Origin: Gekko japonicus
Lineage: Eukaryota
Direction: 5' to 3'
Assembly (NCBI RefSeq): GCF_001447785.1
Contig: NW_015167062.1
Coordinates: forward strand, 271,734 to 335,733
DNA: 64,000 bases
Numbering within the stretch: position 1 is the first letter of the stretch; each line of letters starts with the position of its first letter. Of this stretch, positions 37,830-50,711 are shown one piece after another. The translations under genes were made by a program, and so were the position numbers. The notes beneath the pieces are model-generated. The model did no database searches. It was not told where the DNA came from and saw only the letters and a list, made by a program, of their open reading frames with translations.

Positions 37830-39050
37830 TTTTTTAAATTAAATTTTATTGTTGACTAGCAAAAACAAATGACATATGAATTAACATATGGAACAGTTAC
37901 ATATGACAACAACAGTAACAGAAACAGTAAAAATGCAAAGAGATAAAATGAATACAACACAAAGAATAACCAGTAACTTTACACACACATCAATAAACCA
38001 TTAATATTGTATCTAAAATCGAATCATATTCAGCTTTAGCAGATTATACCAGGAAGGGAAACCAGATTGAAGTTTGAATCAGAAGGGTCTGCAGTTTTAG
38101 AAGATACAATATCAGAGAGTTTGTCCATGATACAAAATTCACACAATTTATTTATCCAGTCAGAAATGGTAAGTTGTGTGTTATTCTTCCAGGATATGGC
38201 TATAACAAATCTGGCTGCTGCAAATAATAATGCAATTAGGTCATTACAAGTGGAGACCCGCAAGAAACTTGCGAAATGGTTATCCTGTTCCTCACACCTT
38301 TGCTTCCTTATAATAATATAGATGCGATGAACAATTTTTTGCCAGAATACTTGAATATATTTGCAGTCCAATCAACAATGTCTAAGAACCTATATCTTCA
38401 CAACCTCTCCAGCAAAAGCGTGGCACAGACGGTTGGATATGGTTATAACTTTTGCGGCGTAATGTACTACCTGGTAAGAAGTTTAAAAGATTGCAGTTTG
38501 ATAACAACCTGTTTAGCTCAACCCAAAATAGAATGCCAGAGAGATTGTCGATGTAAGTGAAAATCATAGTACAATTTTTCTGCCAATATTTAGTATAAGA
38601 TGGAAGGACAGCATTAGATGGTTCCATAATCAACAAGTACAAAATGGAGATAAGATGCTTATAAGAAGATTGTGGCTCCCTTAGTAAGATTTCAAATTTT
38701 GTCATAGGCTGAGTTAAATAAGGGGTGAATGTGTCAGATGGGCTAATTGTAAGTATTGAAACTATTGCAGGGAACCAGAAAGTTTAGCATCCAGAGTAGA
38801 TTAAGCTAAGATAACACCATGTTGTGATATATCAATAAATCTAGTCAAATTATGACGTCTTAAAAGAGTGTAAGAATCCCGTAAAAATGCAGGTTGGAAC
38901 CAAGGTTCCATAATTAACATTAACATTAATAAGATCTTTAAGATCAAGAGATTTGAATTCTGATACAATAAAGTCCTGCCTGAAAATCAGCAATCATAGT
39001 AAACGTTTTCTCCCAAAACCCAGATCCTAAATTACAATTTTTTTTCTTAG
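37830..39050 (-). mobile_element. L1/Tx1-clade LINE, 3' ORF2 fragment with A-rich tail
   Basis: Minus frames give CWRGC...GS..H.. (zf-RVT-like), C..IQVFWQKI and LFAAARFVIAISWK...W. T run at 37829. Confidence 0.8.
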
Positions 39051-39209
39051 AAGACACTCCTATGTGGCATAGCTTCTCAGAAAAGGTTGGAGGGCTCTGA
39101 CCCATTTGGCTTTTTGAATAGGATGTAGAACAAGTTATTCCAGAGAGCTTTGGGAGCAGCCTGGGCCTGGACAAACAGGGAATGACCTGCTGGTGGGGGT
39201 ATAAGGTGG

Positions 39210-39364
39210 AGACCCAGCGTGGAATAGTGGTTAAGAGCAGCAGACTCTAACCTGGAGAACCAGGTTTGATTTCCAATCCCCACTTCTCTACATGAAGCCT
39301 CCTGGGTGACCTTGGGCTAGCCACAGTTCTCTTGGAACTCTCTCAGCCCCACCTACCTCACAAG
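39210..39364 (+). mobile_element. Squam3-type SINE interrupted by a hAT MITE (cagaggtcatttc at 39365) that runs into the gap
   Basis: gtggaatagtggttaagagc and cagccccacctacctcaca; the TIR is identical to that at 50712. Confidence 0.75.
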
Positions 39365-39719
39365 CAGAGGTCATTTCGGGGGGGAACGCGGGGGAACGCA
39401 GTTCCCCCGGGTNNNNNNNNNNNNNNNNNNNNNNNNNNNNNNNNNNNNNNNNNNNNNNNNNNCTCCTCCTCCTCCTCCTCCTCCTCCTCCTCCATCTAAT
39501 GGTTTTTAATGTTGTTATATCTGTTGTTTTATCAAATCATTTTTATATTGTTGGTACCTGCCTTGGGTCCATGGAGGATCAAGATAAAGGCATATAAATA
39601 TTTTAAATAAATGAATAAATATGAGAATAAAAAATGCAACCCACTATTCTCACATTCCCTCAGCTACTTAAGTACATTACTGTAGTGTGCCAAGCAACAC
39701 CACCTCAATTTTCTTTTGG

Positions 39720-40155
39720 AAAAAAAATATCCATTTAACATAAGCGGCAAAGGTGAAGGGCACTTAATGTGCATACCATCTGACTGTTAGACAAAAGATA
39801 CCGTCTGGCAAATTGCAAGTTTTGTCAGCAATGAGATATGAATTGGTCTGAACTAATGCAGTGGAGTGATTTTCATGAATATTTTTTGTCAGAAAATGTG
39901 CCTCCTTTGAGGGATTTTTGGTAATTGCTTTGAAAAAGCATGAAATGATTTGCCTATTCAGAACACATTGCATTTACTCTGAATGACCATCATTTGCCCT
40001 CTGTGGACTCAGGATGAAACCAAATCTGATAGGCATCACTGCATTCAGTACAGGATTTCTAAATGTCTAGGATCACCAGTCTGATTAATCCACAAAGTAT
40101 TGCCCATTCTCTGAAAGAGCATCATATGCCTTCAGTAATGTCAATGTAATTCAGT
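39720..40155. promoter_or_regulatory. Candidate conserved non-coding element
   Basis: Unique, motif-rich block (ctgattaatcc, taatgcag, tgtcag) with no TE similarity. Confidence 0.35.
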
Positions 40156-41094
40156 GTACTGAGAGACAGTGTAGCCTAGTGGATAGTGTCTATAATCCTG
40201 AGAGAGATGGATTTGATTCCCTACTTCTGTCATGGAAAGTTGCTGGTGACCTGCAGCCCATCACATAGTCTCAGCCTTACCTACCTCACAGGGTTTTGGT
40301 GAAAGAACGGACAAAGGAAGAATAATGTTCTAAGCCACTTTCTCCAAACTGAAGAGAAAAGAAAAATATAAATGAATGAATGAATGTAAATGGGTGTAAA
40401 GACAAATCTGATTAGTTATGAATTGTCATGCTGTTGCTATGAGATCTCATTATCTGGATCAATTTCAGAAGAAGCCCTAACCAGAAAGAAAAATGATGTT
40501 GTAACAGAAAGGGGAAATTATAGTAGCAAACAAGAGAACCACAAAAAGATGAACACTGTCTCAATTACATGATTTTCCAGGAAATATGCCTAGTTCCTCA
40601 AAAGCAGTACATTTGATGGGGGGTGGGGACCGAAATGGGAGAGCATTTGTTGCAGCTCTAGTTAGGAACCCCCAAACATCTGTGCTGTAACAAGTCTCGA
40701 CCTTCCCACAAGCTGTTCCTGCAAGTTTGCAATTTTCTTTCAGAAAGCTCCCAACTCTCCCCAAACACTTTTGTGAGTGTTGGGATGAAAGAAAATATAT
40801 AATACATCAGGACAGCCATGGGAAGATGCAATTGTTAAAGTATAAAAGATAAAAAGTTGTTCTAAAATTGGAAGTGTATGAGAAGAGTAGGTCAGTCTGT
40901 ATGGTTTGCTATGAGTAGCCAGGTGGGGGGAAAGGATCCATGCACAGTTCTAGCTACACTCTGAGCCAGTAATTAAAGGTCAAGGAAACTCATTAGCAGT
41001 GCACTAAACTAGGATCATGTGACCATAGAAAGGCTTATAAAATGGGAAAACATCACCATTGGCCTTGTTTCCTCATGTGTAAAGTGGTAATTAC

Positions 41095-41727
41095 GGTGGT
41101 GGTGATGGTGGTGAAAAGTGCTCTCAGGTCAAAGCTGATTTATGACAGGTCCCGTGGGGTGTTCTGTTGGAGTCAGTGACTCAGCATGCCTGGACATTGT
41201 GGGGAGCTACATCACTCTAAGTGTATGTGTAGGTGTTATCTCCTTGAATGGGATGCTTCTCTTTGTCTTAACATGGGAACTACCCTCTGACCCCCTCCTC
41301 TCTCTCTTATTTTGTCCTCTCACACTCTTCACGTGGTGTTCCATGGACAGACACATCTCTACAGGTCCCTCCTGTAGAAACAATGACCTTGTACTCCCAT
41401 ACATATGATGCCGGATTAGCTGGCCATTTGTGATAGGGAAAGTACATTTTAGATTAGGCTTCTCTCTCTTCTTTTGACTACAACCTGAATGTGAACAGGA
41501 TCCGCTTGAATAAATGTAAGTTTTTACCCTTTTTTGCAATCTACTTCTTGGGAGATTTATTTATTGCACTCAGTGTCACCTTTCTATATTTGGGCATTCT
41601 CTGGTATATTAAGCAAATATCCTAATATTTTCAGAGCAAGAGACATTCAGAGGTGGTTTGCCATTACCTGCCTCTGCATCATGACCCTGATATTCTTTGA
41701 AGGTCTCTCATCCAAACACTAGCCAGT
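41095..41727 (-). mobile_element. 5S rRNA-derived SINE split by a solo LTR
   Basis: The halves at 41095-41164 and 41628-41727 join into the reverse complement of 56885-57092. Confidence 0.75.
41165..41627 (-). mobile_element. Solo LTR
   Basis: tgttgga...cctaata ends, TSD TGTTC/TTTTC, inserted into the SINE sequence ggggttttc. Confidence 0.65.
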
Positions 41728-42252
41728 GCTCAGAACTTAATTTCTAGGCATGTACAGCCCCAATTCTGATGGGCCCATGGTACATGGGGAGAAAAGACTT
41801 GAGCCTTCTGCCCTATGCTGTTTCCCTGGACTTGAAACTGTTGTGGATTCAGAGCTATAAGGTGCTTTGAAGCACATGGGAGAATCCCTGAGACAATGAC
41901 AGCCAGTTATTCTCACAAGAAAGAGGGCAATGAAATGTACCAGAAGGTCAAAGGGGGCAGGAGATGGGTTTCAACTCTGAGACAAACACTAGGCAGTGCT
42001 CATAACTTAATTTCTCGGCATGTACAGCCCCAATTCAGATGGGCCCATGGTACATGGGGAGAAAAGACTTGAGCCTTCTGCCCTATGCTGTTTCCCTGGA
42101 CTTGAAACTGTTGTGGACTCAGAGATATAAGGTGCTTTGAAGCACATGGGAGAATCCCTGAGACAATGACAGCCAGTTATTCTCACAAGAAAGAGGGCAA
42201 TGAAATGTACCAGAAGGTCAAAGGGGGCAGGAGATGGGTTTCAACTCTGAGA
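41713..42252. repeat. 270-bp tandem duplication, about 6 substitutions
   Basis: Copy 1 at 41713-41982, copy 2 at 41983-42252. Confidence 0.97.
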
Positions 42253-42295
42253 CAGCCGTTTGCTTACCTTCCAGGTGGACAAGGGAGGTGATGGT

Positions 42296-42501
42296 CAATA
42301 TTCCCTCTAAGCTGTGGAGTCTTGTGAGCAAAATTTCTACTTTGTGAGCTGCTGGCATTAAAGTTGTGAGCGAATGATTCGGCTACTGCATAAATTAGCT
42401 TGCTCTGGAGTCATGCTCCCTGAACTAAGGCAAAAATCTGTGAGCTGAAGGCTAAAATTTTGTGAGCTAGCTCACACTAACTCAGCTTAGAGGGAACAGA
42501 G
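42296..42501 (+). mobile_element. hAT MITE
   Basis: TIR caatattccctctaagctg / cagcttagagggaacagag; perfect 8-bp TSD GTGATGGT. Confidence 0.9.
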
Positions 42502-44099
42502 GTGATGGTTATGAAACATGATCTGGAGGATGGAGATGTGTGCTATCTAACATTTAACTTGTTTGGAAAAGGGCTTGTGGGTGTGTCCCATGAGGGGCAT
42601 GTTCCCTAAATCTGGATTGGGGAAGGTACCTGCTGAAGCAGGCAGGACAATTTAGAAGGCAGAATCTTTCTTTGTCCAGACTCCTCTGCCATGGAGCAGT
42701 AGGGGATCTAGGGTGTGTTTGCTCCATGACAAGCAAGCAGGTCATCAGAGGTAATTGTCTTGTAATGTAATTTAGCTAGACTTATGTTTGTAGATTATTT
42801 TCCTTAGCTCGGTAACAGCTAGCCTTGATAGCTATTTTTCATTTATGTGCTTTAGCTTAAGCTTTAGTAATAAAGTTTATTTCCTGTTTAGGAAAGCAGA
42901 CTGTGATTCAATTCTATCTAGATCACTTGAACATGCTAAGAACACACATGCATGGGGGGAGGGCTAAAGTAATTGGAAAACTCTGCCCTTTGTATTTGCT
43001 CAGAAGCAACCTCACCAAAGTACCCCACAGCACTGGTTAAATGTAACTTGGGATGGTGGCACATGAAGAAGAAACATGCTTTTACATGCATTCAAATATG
43101 CATCACAGATGTGAGAACACACAGATCCAGGGTAGGTTTGTGACAGAAACAAACCTGGGAAACTGCTATTTGCCACACTGGGAAATTCACACATAGTACA
43201 CATAAGTTTCAACTGTAAGACAAAGAACACATTCCCAGGGCTGTTTCAGGTCAGGAAAATAGTGCAGGAGGGAAACCTTTGCCCTGTGGACCATGGTCCA
43301 ATGTGCACCTGAGAATTAAGTTCAGAACACAGAAGTCCCAGAGCATGTTTGTCAACAGGACCGATGTGGACCCTGAGACTAACCAAGAAAAATAAGCTTC
43401 ACTATGGTATGTTTCATACAGATGTTATATATTCATTTATAACATTTATATGCTGCCTCTTGGATGTACCATTTACTGTCTTCCCAATTAGGAAAAGTTT
43501 GCTATTCTCTCCAAGGGAGAAATAAAGTGCTGGAACTTGGTAATGCTGCGTGAGTGGGGCACAGCCTGGTTTTTAACTGTGTCATTGGGTGACACTACTG
43601 TTCACTGTTAAGGATCTCTCAGAGTGGTGAAATATTTCTCTGTGGACAGAATGCACAGAGATGCTGATTAGCACATTCCAGAATATGCAGGTTGTGTTTA
43701 CCCCTCTGTGTAGCAGCTGGACATGATTTGTGGGTTCCCATATGTGTGGTGCATGTTTCTGATGGTTCCCCCTTCTCCCTTGTGATGTTTCCCTGACCTG
43801 AAATGGTTTGGGGGAGCACTGTTTGACCCAATGGGGAAACCCACATCATGTTCTCTGGGATACACATGGGTGTCTCCATTTAGCCAACTAGCATCCCTGG
43901 GACAGTTTCAGTCCAGAAAAATGGCACCAGAGGGGCTAAAATGCCTTATTCATGTGTGAACTGGGCCTGATCCAAATCAGGTGCTTTGTGCATGAAAATT
44001 GAAGATAACCTGCAACCCATGTCTGATTTACACAGGGTGGGGACCTCACACTCAACCTATGTATGTTGTAATATGTGAATCGACCCTGGCATTGTCCTC

Positions 44100-44520
44100 C
44101 TTTTGGGTGAGGTAATGTAAAAGCCATCTCTCACACTATTTGTCATAATGATGGGCTATAAAAATGCTGTTCTGGATTATCTTTATCTTTGTCTGTGTTT
44201 ATGGGCAGCTTGAACACAAGACCCAATACATTTAATTGAATATATTTGAAGGGAATTTGGAATAATGTAAATATGTTGCCTTTCCCTGAGCCAAAGATGA
44301 CTAAATGAAAGGCATGGCCATTAAGCGGAGTGCTGATGCCAAGGGATTTATGTTCACAGGATTCCTTTTCCCTTACATCTTGGAGGTCTTGAACTGACAT
44401 TGCACACCACTCATCACTTCCATTGACAGAGAAGCCACAGTATATCAGCCTCAGTAATGACAGCAGTGGCATGTCCTGGGATGAAAGGTCTTCCAGGTTT
44501 ACTCATAAGATGTCAGTTTT
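44100..44520. promoter_or_regulatory. Candidate conserved non-coding element
   Basis: Unique block with tgtcataatga, catttaattga, ccattaag, gatttatg and cattgacag. Confidence 0.4.
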
Positions 44521-46226
44521 TCTGTGTTTCTTCATATTCATACCCCTCTGGGGGGCTATGTGAGAAACAGTCACGGCCCCACGAAACATGCCTCTGGAGT
44601 GAAACATTCCCTCTTCCTTACACCCTGGATGCCGTGTGTGTCCAGAGGCCAGACTAAAAGCTGGGATAGGATTTCTCTCAGTCTTGCCAAAATTCAGTGG
44701 AACATCAAGGATGAAGACCAGAGAGGAGAGAGAGAAAGGAGTACATATTGTCTACTGTGGCTGAGATGGAAAATGAAGAACAAAGTTCAAGTCCAGTGGT
44801 AATTTTATTCAAGGTATAAGCTTTCGCATGCGTGCACATTTCTCCAGATGGAAAATGTAAGTCTAAATCAAAACACTTCACCTCCCCTTAATGTGCCCTA
44901 ATGGCTCTGACCAATTGTCCCATTAGGACCAGAAAAGAGGACCTTTCTCATTCCATTTCTAGTGATAGGAAGAGGCAGGTATGTTGGTCTGTGCAAAAAG
45001 GAAGTACAGCCCCTTTGTTAAATGGGGGGGGGGTAAAAATCCTTGCACATGCAAGTTCATCAGACTAGACTGCATTTTTTTTGCCTTGGTTGTCCCCTCT
45101 CCCTTCTGTTTGTACAGCACACTTTGTAGGAAAAAGAATCTTGATGTGTGGTTTCCATGACTGTTTTGATCAGGCTGGGATGAGGGTGGGGGATCAATTG
45201 CATTGATTCTTGATATTCTGTATCTAATAAATAGAAACTGGTGACTCTCAAATATGTTTATTTTCTGTCTCCCTTCTTTCCTAAATATAATTAGGTTTTA
45301 GACATTATGAGGTTTAATAACTTCCATTTCTACCGCTTAATAGAATTCAATACTTTGCATATAAAATCTTTGCCAAAGTAACCATATACAAAATACAGTC
45401 TCTCTCCTTTGGCTCCAGCATTTTCATAGATGTAAGCAGATGACCTAATCCTTCATTAAGGTCACAACTGAAATAGTAGTTTCTTAGATTTTCAGTCATT
45501 AGACTTCAATTTAAACCATTACCACCACAAATAAAGGAGAGCCACAACTTCTATCTATTTTCCTTTTCCCCCACATTACATTATTTTTATTTTTTCCAAC
45601 AGCAAAAATGGAAATTTGTGGAAGTGAGGTTTTCTTTTCCCATTTGGAATGATTGAAAAAATTTTAAGACATGGTTTTACACAAAATGTATAGTATGAAG
45701 ATTTTTTTTTAATAAATCAACTCTATAACATTAGAGAATGACATTTCCTCTATATACTGTAGACATAAACAACAAATTTTCATTTGTGAAACATGACTGA
45801 TTTTACCCACAATAAATCTGCTATAATGTGTATGATGATGGAGGGTTGGATCCAGGCTAATGTTTTCCATGGGCTCAAGTCTCTCACCCCAGATCCCTTC
45901 TCCTCAGATCCTTATAGAATACTAAGGCATTTATATACGTAATGATTCATTAAAATGCCAAACAGTACAATTATATAAGCTAACTAATTCATTTCATGTT
46001 GTTAAAGCAGTAAAATCAATTTAAGTTTGGCAAGTAAATAAGCTCTGCACATATTTTCCCCAAAATTTCTGTGCCCCCCCAAATCTGAACATATTTTAGA
46101 CCAGCTGTGTCACTGCATGCCTGAACAGACATTAAAATGGAATGAGAAATCCTCTCAAACATTTTTAGCAGAATACCCCATCTCTCTGTTTCTTTGGCTA
46201 CCATGCTAATAACCCACATACATGTC

Positions 46227-46350
46227 TTCCTTCCTTCCTTCCTTCCTTCCTTCCTTCCTTCCTTCCTTCCTTCCATCCTTCCTTCCCAACGTTCACATGC
46301 TACCGAGCCTTCCTTCCTTCCTTCCTTCCTTCCTTCCTTCCTTCCTTCCC
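46227..46350. repeat. (TTCC)n microsatellite, two tracts
   Basis: Seen directly. Confidence 0.97.
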
Positions 46351-47179
46351 CATGCTAATGTGATTCATACTAAAATCACAACCAAAATAAAAATCTGCCT
46401 AAGGCAAAGACTTCTTAGTTTTTTGTATTTATAGTATAAATATATCATTGTGCAATATTTAAGAAAGTATTTTGTATGAAAAAGTCCTCATCAGAAACAA
46501 CATTTTGTTCTCTTATATTGTACAAAGTTGAATTTACTCAGTATTAACCAATATAAAGAAGCCAGAATCTGCTATATTCTCAGACGTTTAAGCCTCTCTG
46601 AATCGAATGCTTCAAAAAATCAAGATATATAACAATTAAGACACCATTAGTTTTCATTTACATATCCAGATACCAAGATGGGTAAGTCAGAGCCAGCTAG
46701 GGGTAATAGGTGTCTGCCTCAAAATCCCATTATGGCTCCTCAGCTCAGGATCTCTGAGGTCCACAGCCTGTGATGGAATCTGAAGTGCAGCTCTGTTGAC
46801 CAACGTCCAGCTCCTAATAGACAGACCTGTCTAATCCAGAGGCTTTATAAAGCCTGTCAATTGGAGCGGATGATGTTTCTCAGTCCTGACTTTTTCTGAA
46901 CATTTTCCTTCTGCCAACAGCTGGTGAAACAAATGGGACTAATTTGACCCCATAGCAAATGAGGAAAGAGGGTGAGTGACATGTTCTGGGAATTAATGGA
47001 GAAGGATTTGAACAAGATGGGAGAGATGTCTGTAGGTAACTGAATGTTCGGGGAGGGGGTTGATGTGGTAGTTTCATATTCAGGGTTCTCCGCTTACTGG
47101 AAACATGAGGAAGTGGGACATTCAGGCAATCACAGTTATACCATACAGAAGATCCTGGGATGGGGAGATCAGTCTGCAT

Positions 47180-47906
47180 TAGGGGTGGGCACAAACTGGA
47201 AAAAATGAGGTTCGTTGGAGGTTCATGGTTCAAGATTTTCACAAGACCCACATCATGAACCTCCAATGAACTCCTCCATTGCAGGAATTGGTTCATGTTC
47301 AGGGAGTTCAGTCCAACCAGAAGTTAACTCTGAAGGCATTTAAATGCCTTTGGAGCCCACCTCCAGTTTGGACTGGCCCAACTGAGCTACCAGAATGAAC
47401 TCCAAAGGCTTATATAGGCCTTCAGAGCTCACTCTGGGAGCTCAGCCTAGTCAGGCTGCCCAACACAACTGAGCTCTGAGAGCTGGAAGTGGGCTCTGAA
47501 GGCCTATAAAAGCCTTCAGAGCCCAGTCTGGGAGCTCAGTCGAGTCAGGCCACCCGACTTCACTGAGCTCACTCTCAAAACTCAGTCAGGCTCAACCTGG
47601 AAGTAAGCTCCAAAAGCATTTAAATGCCTTTGAAGCTCACTTGGGTGGGGCTGTGGCCCGATGGTGGGCTTTGGAACTCACTTCTGGATGGGCTGCTGGA
47701 CTCGGAAGTAAACTTCAAAGGCATTTAAATGCCTTCAGAGCTCAAAAACATGTCTCCCACAAACCTCATGAACCTCCATGAAAAACATGGAGGTTCATGG
47801 GCGGATCATGGGAGACATGTTCTCCTGAACCCCTGGTTCACGATCCATGAACCAGCCTGGTTCATGCTCAAACCAGGGTTTGTTTGTGGGTTCGTGCCCA
47901 TCTGCA
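47180..47906. mobile_element. Non-autonomous hAT element (TAGGG TIR family)
   Basis: taggggtgggcacaaac / gttcgtgcccatctgca; TSD GTCTGCAT/GTCTGCAC; repeated aaggcatttaaatgcctt palindromes. Confidence 0.85.
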
Positions 47907-47929
47907 GTCTGCACCACTTAAAAAGCCTC

Positions 47930-48545
47930 CAAATGATTATCTGAATGAGCCCTCAGTGGATTACTTTGTTTCTCTTTCTGTTAGCGAGATTTTCCACAAT
48001 AGTAGCAATTTAGCAGCAGCGATGGTTGGAGGAGAGGAAGAAGTTTCAGAATTGAAAAATTCAGTTTATTTGAATTATTTGTCTTCCCAATGTGATGGAA
48101 GTGCTGCTTCCAGATGAACTCCTCTTGCACTTTACCTCCAATTAAACAAGACACGCAAAGAGGCCTGAGGTCATTTGGTTATTGTGTGGGTTATTGACAG
48201 CCTAGGCATGAAGAGGATTTATTTCAAGCTCTTTGAATGCTTTTCTTCTTAGTCTGTACTTCTTAGGCTGCTTTGAATTCAGAATGCAACTAGTATTTAA
48301 TTAATCACCCGGCACTTGATTGTGCGTAAATCCATCTTTAACTCAGCATGTAGTGAATCTTCCTGTCTAGGGGCAACAGGAACCTGTTGACACACCATTG
48401 CTCTGTAGGCTTGTATGGAAGAGCCTGCCATGCTCCCATTAAAACATAAGATTAAAAGATAGGCATCAAATCAAAAGTCCCGCCAGTTCAATTTCATTTG
48501 GGCAAAAATGAAAGAAGCAAATTGCCAAAGTAAATGCAAGAGCAG
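47930..48545. promoter_or_regulatory. Candidate conserved non-coding element
   Basis: Unique block with caattaaaca, tttaattaatca, tgattgt and ccattaaa. Confidence 0.35.
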
Positions 48546-48994
48546 AGCTAGAAGCCATCTCCTAGGATGAATCCTAACAGTGCAATCCTAAACAAAGTTA
48601 CACACTTTGAATTCAAATTGAAGTCAATGGGCTTAGAAGGGTATATCTCTGATAAGGAGATTGCACTGTAAGAAGCCACCAGCCTTTGTGGACCAGCAAC
48701 TTGCTGTCCATCACTGGTAACCACAACATCACCCATCAAAAGAATGGCTTTTGATATAATCTGTAATTTAGAGATATTATTTTAGAGTTACTACAAGTTA
48801 AGGAGCTGGTAATTTTATCCTCACAACAGCTTTGTGAGGTAGGTTAAGTTGAGTGAGTGTGGCACAAAGTCACATGTGAATCCTGAGCCACTGAGTATCA
48901 CTAGTCTTACCGCTACACAACAGAGACTAAATACTTGTGCATAAGAACTCTACAAGATGTGTATGCAATACCCATGAATACACATTTTCTCAGC

Positions 48995-49372
48995 TTTGAC
49001 TTGGATGGCCCAGGCTAGGCTGATATCATCAGATCGCAGAGGCTGAGCAGGATCAGCCCTAGGTAGTAGTTGGATAGGAGACTACAAAGAAGGTCCAAGG
49101 TTGCTTACACAGAGGCAGGAAATGGCAAGTCACCTTCATTTGTCTTTTACCTTGAAAACTGCACAGTGTTGCTACAAATTGGCTGCCACTTGATGGCACT
49201 TTCCATCACCAATGGACCTGGCCTGGATGGCCCAGGATATCCCAGTCTTACCAGATCTTGGAAGCAAAGCAGGGTTGGCCCAGGCAAAAACAAACCACCC
49301 CTGAACCTCTCTTGCCTTGAAAACCTTATTGGGTCACCATAGGCTGGGTGTGACTTGACAGCACTTCACACA
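48995..49372 (+). mobile_element. Two head-to-tail 5S-derived SINE copies
   Basis: Both begin (c/t)tggatggcccagg, with a 5S-like tcagatc..agaggctgagcagg head and a cttgaaaac tail. Confidence 0.75.
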
Positions 49373-49384
49373 CAAACACACACA

Positions 49385-49705
49385 CTTACTCATATATATG
49401 CCGGAGCTGTGGTCGTTGCACAGCCGCCACCATTACGACATCGCCTGAAGGAGTCGCTGCAAAATAATGGGACCTGCACCGAGACACCGTCACCAGGAGG
49501 TGGAGGAAAAAAGCCCACGATGAAGAGCCGAGAGAAGAAAGAACGACAAAGTACAACAAGAGCTCTGCTCCGGGTGCCGGTAGGCATTCATCCTCCCCCC
49601 CGTGTATTGTGGCCCTAGATAGGAAAATGTAAATGTCTATGTAAACCACTCCAAGCCTTCAGGAAGGAGCGGTATAGAAGTCTAATATGTAATGTAATGT
49701 AATAT
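49385..49705 (+). mobile_element. L2-type 3' UTR and tail, CpG-rich
   Basis: gtaaaccactccaagccttcaggaaggagcggtatagaagtctaa followed by (TGTAA)n. Confidence 0.55.
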
Positions 49706-49837
49706 AGAGAGTCTCTGGTCAGTGTGTGGGAGGATACAAAATATAAACAATGAAAACAGAAAATGTTTCCTCTGATGCAGTGGTCAGAATCTGAGCAGTA
49801 TTGCAGTTGATTTGCTGTCTCTTTACCTTTTAACTAT

Positions 49838-50203
49838 GGTCTCGGTCATACGGGCCGGATATCGCGGGGGGGAGGTGTGGCTAATTGCCCCGGCACAGTT
49901 TGATACGTGATTACGCGATCAGATTCGCCGGTGGCACAGCACAGGTCCTTCCCTCGGCACCAGCAGGTAAATGAGGGACCGGAGGGGAATGCCGCGCGCC
50001 AGCGCGATCACACCACGGGCGTCTGGAGGCAGCCCGTGGCAAACGTTTACTAGTACCTTGGAGGTACTAGTTTTTAAATGCGCATTGTCGGCAGTAAGCC
50101 ATGGGTGCGCTCCACTTTCCAGATGTTGGGGTGTGATCGTGCCCAGATAATCCGCCCACCTTCCGTGCCTCTCCCGCGGCAACTTTGCCATGTGACCGGG
50201 GCC
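49838..50203. mobile_element. Young CpG-rich MITE with TAT flanks and a central perfect hairpin
   Basis: TIR ggtctcggtcatacgg / ccatgtgaccggggcc; actagtacct-tgg-aggtactagt at 50049-50071. Confidence 0.75.
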
Positions 50204-50272
50204 TATGATATGCTGGAGTTCTATGTGCCTTCAGATCAAAAGAGAAAGTGGTTGCAGAAGTTTATTTTCTTC

Positions 50273-50490
50273 TAGGGTTGCCAACACCAAGTTAGCAAAT
50301 TCCTGGAGATTTTGGGGTAGAGCCAGGGGAGGGCAGGGTTTGGGGAGGGGTGGGATTTCAGTGGGGCATATTATCATGCAGTCCACTCTCCACAGCACCC
50401 ATTTTCTCCAGATGAATGGATCTCTGTCATCTGTAGATGAGTGGTAATTCCAGGGGACCTCCAGGAACCAGCTGGGAGTTTGCAATGCTA
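50273..50490. mobile_element. hAT MITE (TAGGGTTGCCA family); other copies or fragments at ~15230-15460, 15835-16211, 54505-55020, 56405-56730, 58350-58540
   Basis: TIR tagggttgcca / tttgcaatgcta; TSD TTTTCTTC/TTTTCTCC. Confidence 0.8.
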
Positions 50491-50711
50491 TTTTCTCCTG
50501 TGTGGAATTGGCTTGTTTTATGCCTGTTCATGATCCTATACTGTACAAGAATTTTGAAGGTAAGTATTTTTGTAAGCACTGGGCTCTGCATTCAGGTCTG
50601 ATAAGACCAAGAACAGAGTTCAAAGACAGCATCACAAAACATGCTTGCAAGGAATGCTTAAGAAAAGCTCAGACTTGTTTATGCATTTTGTGTGCTGCAT
50701 ACAGACACAGG

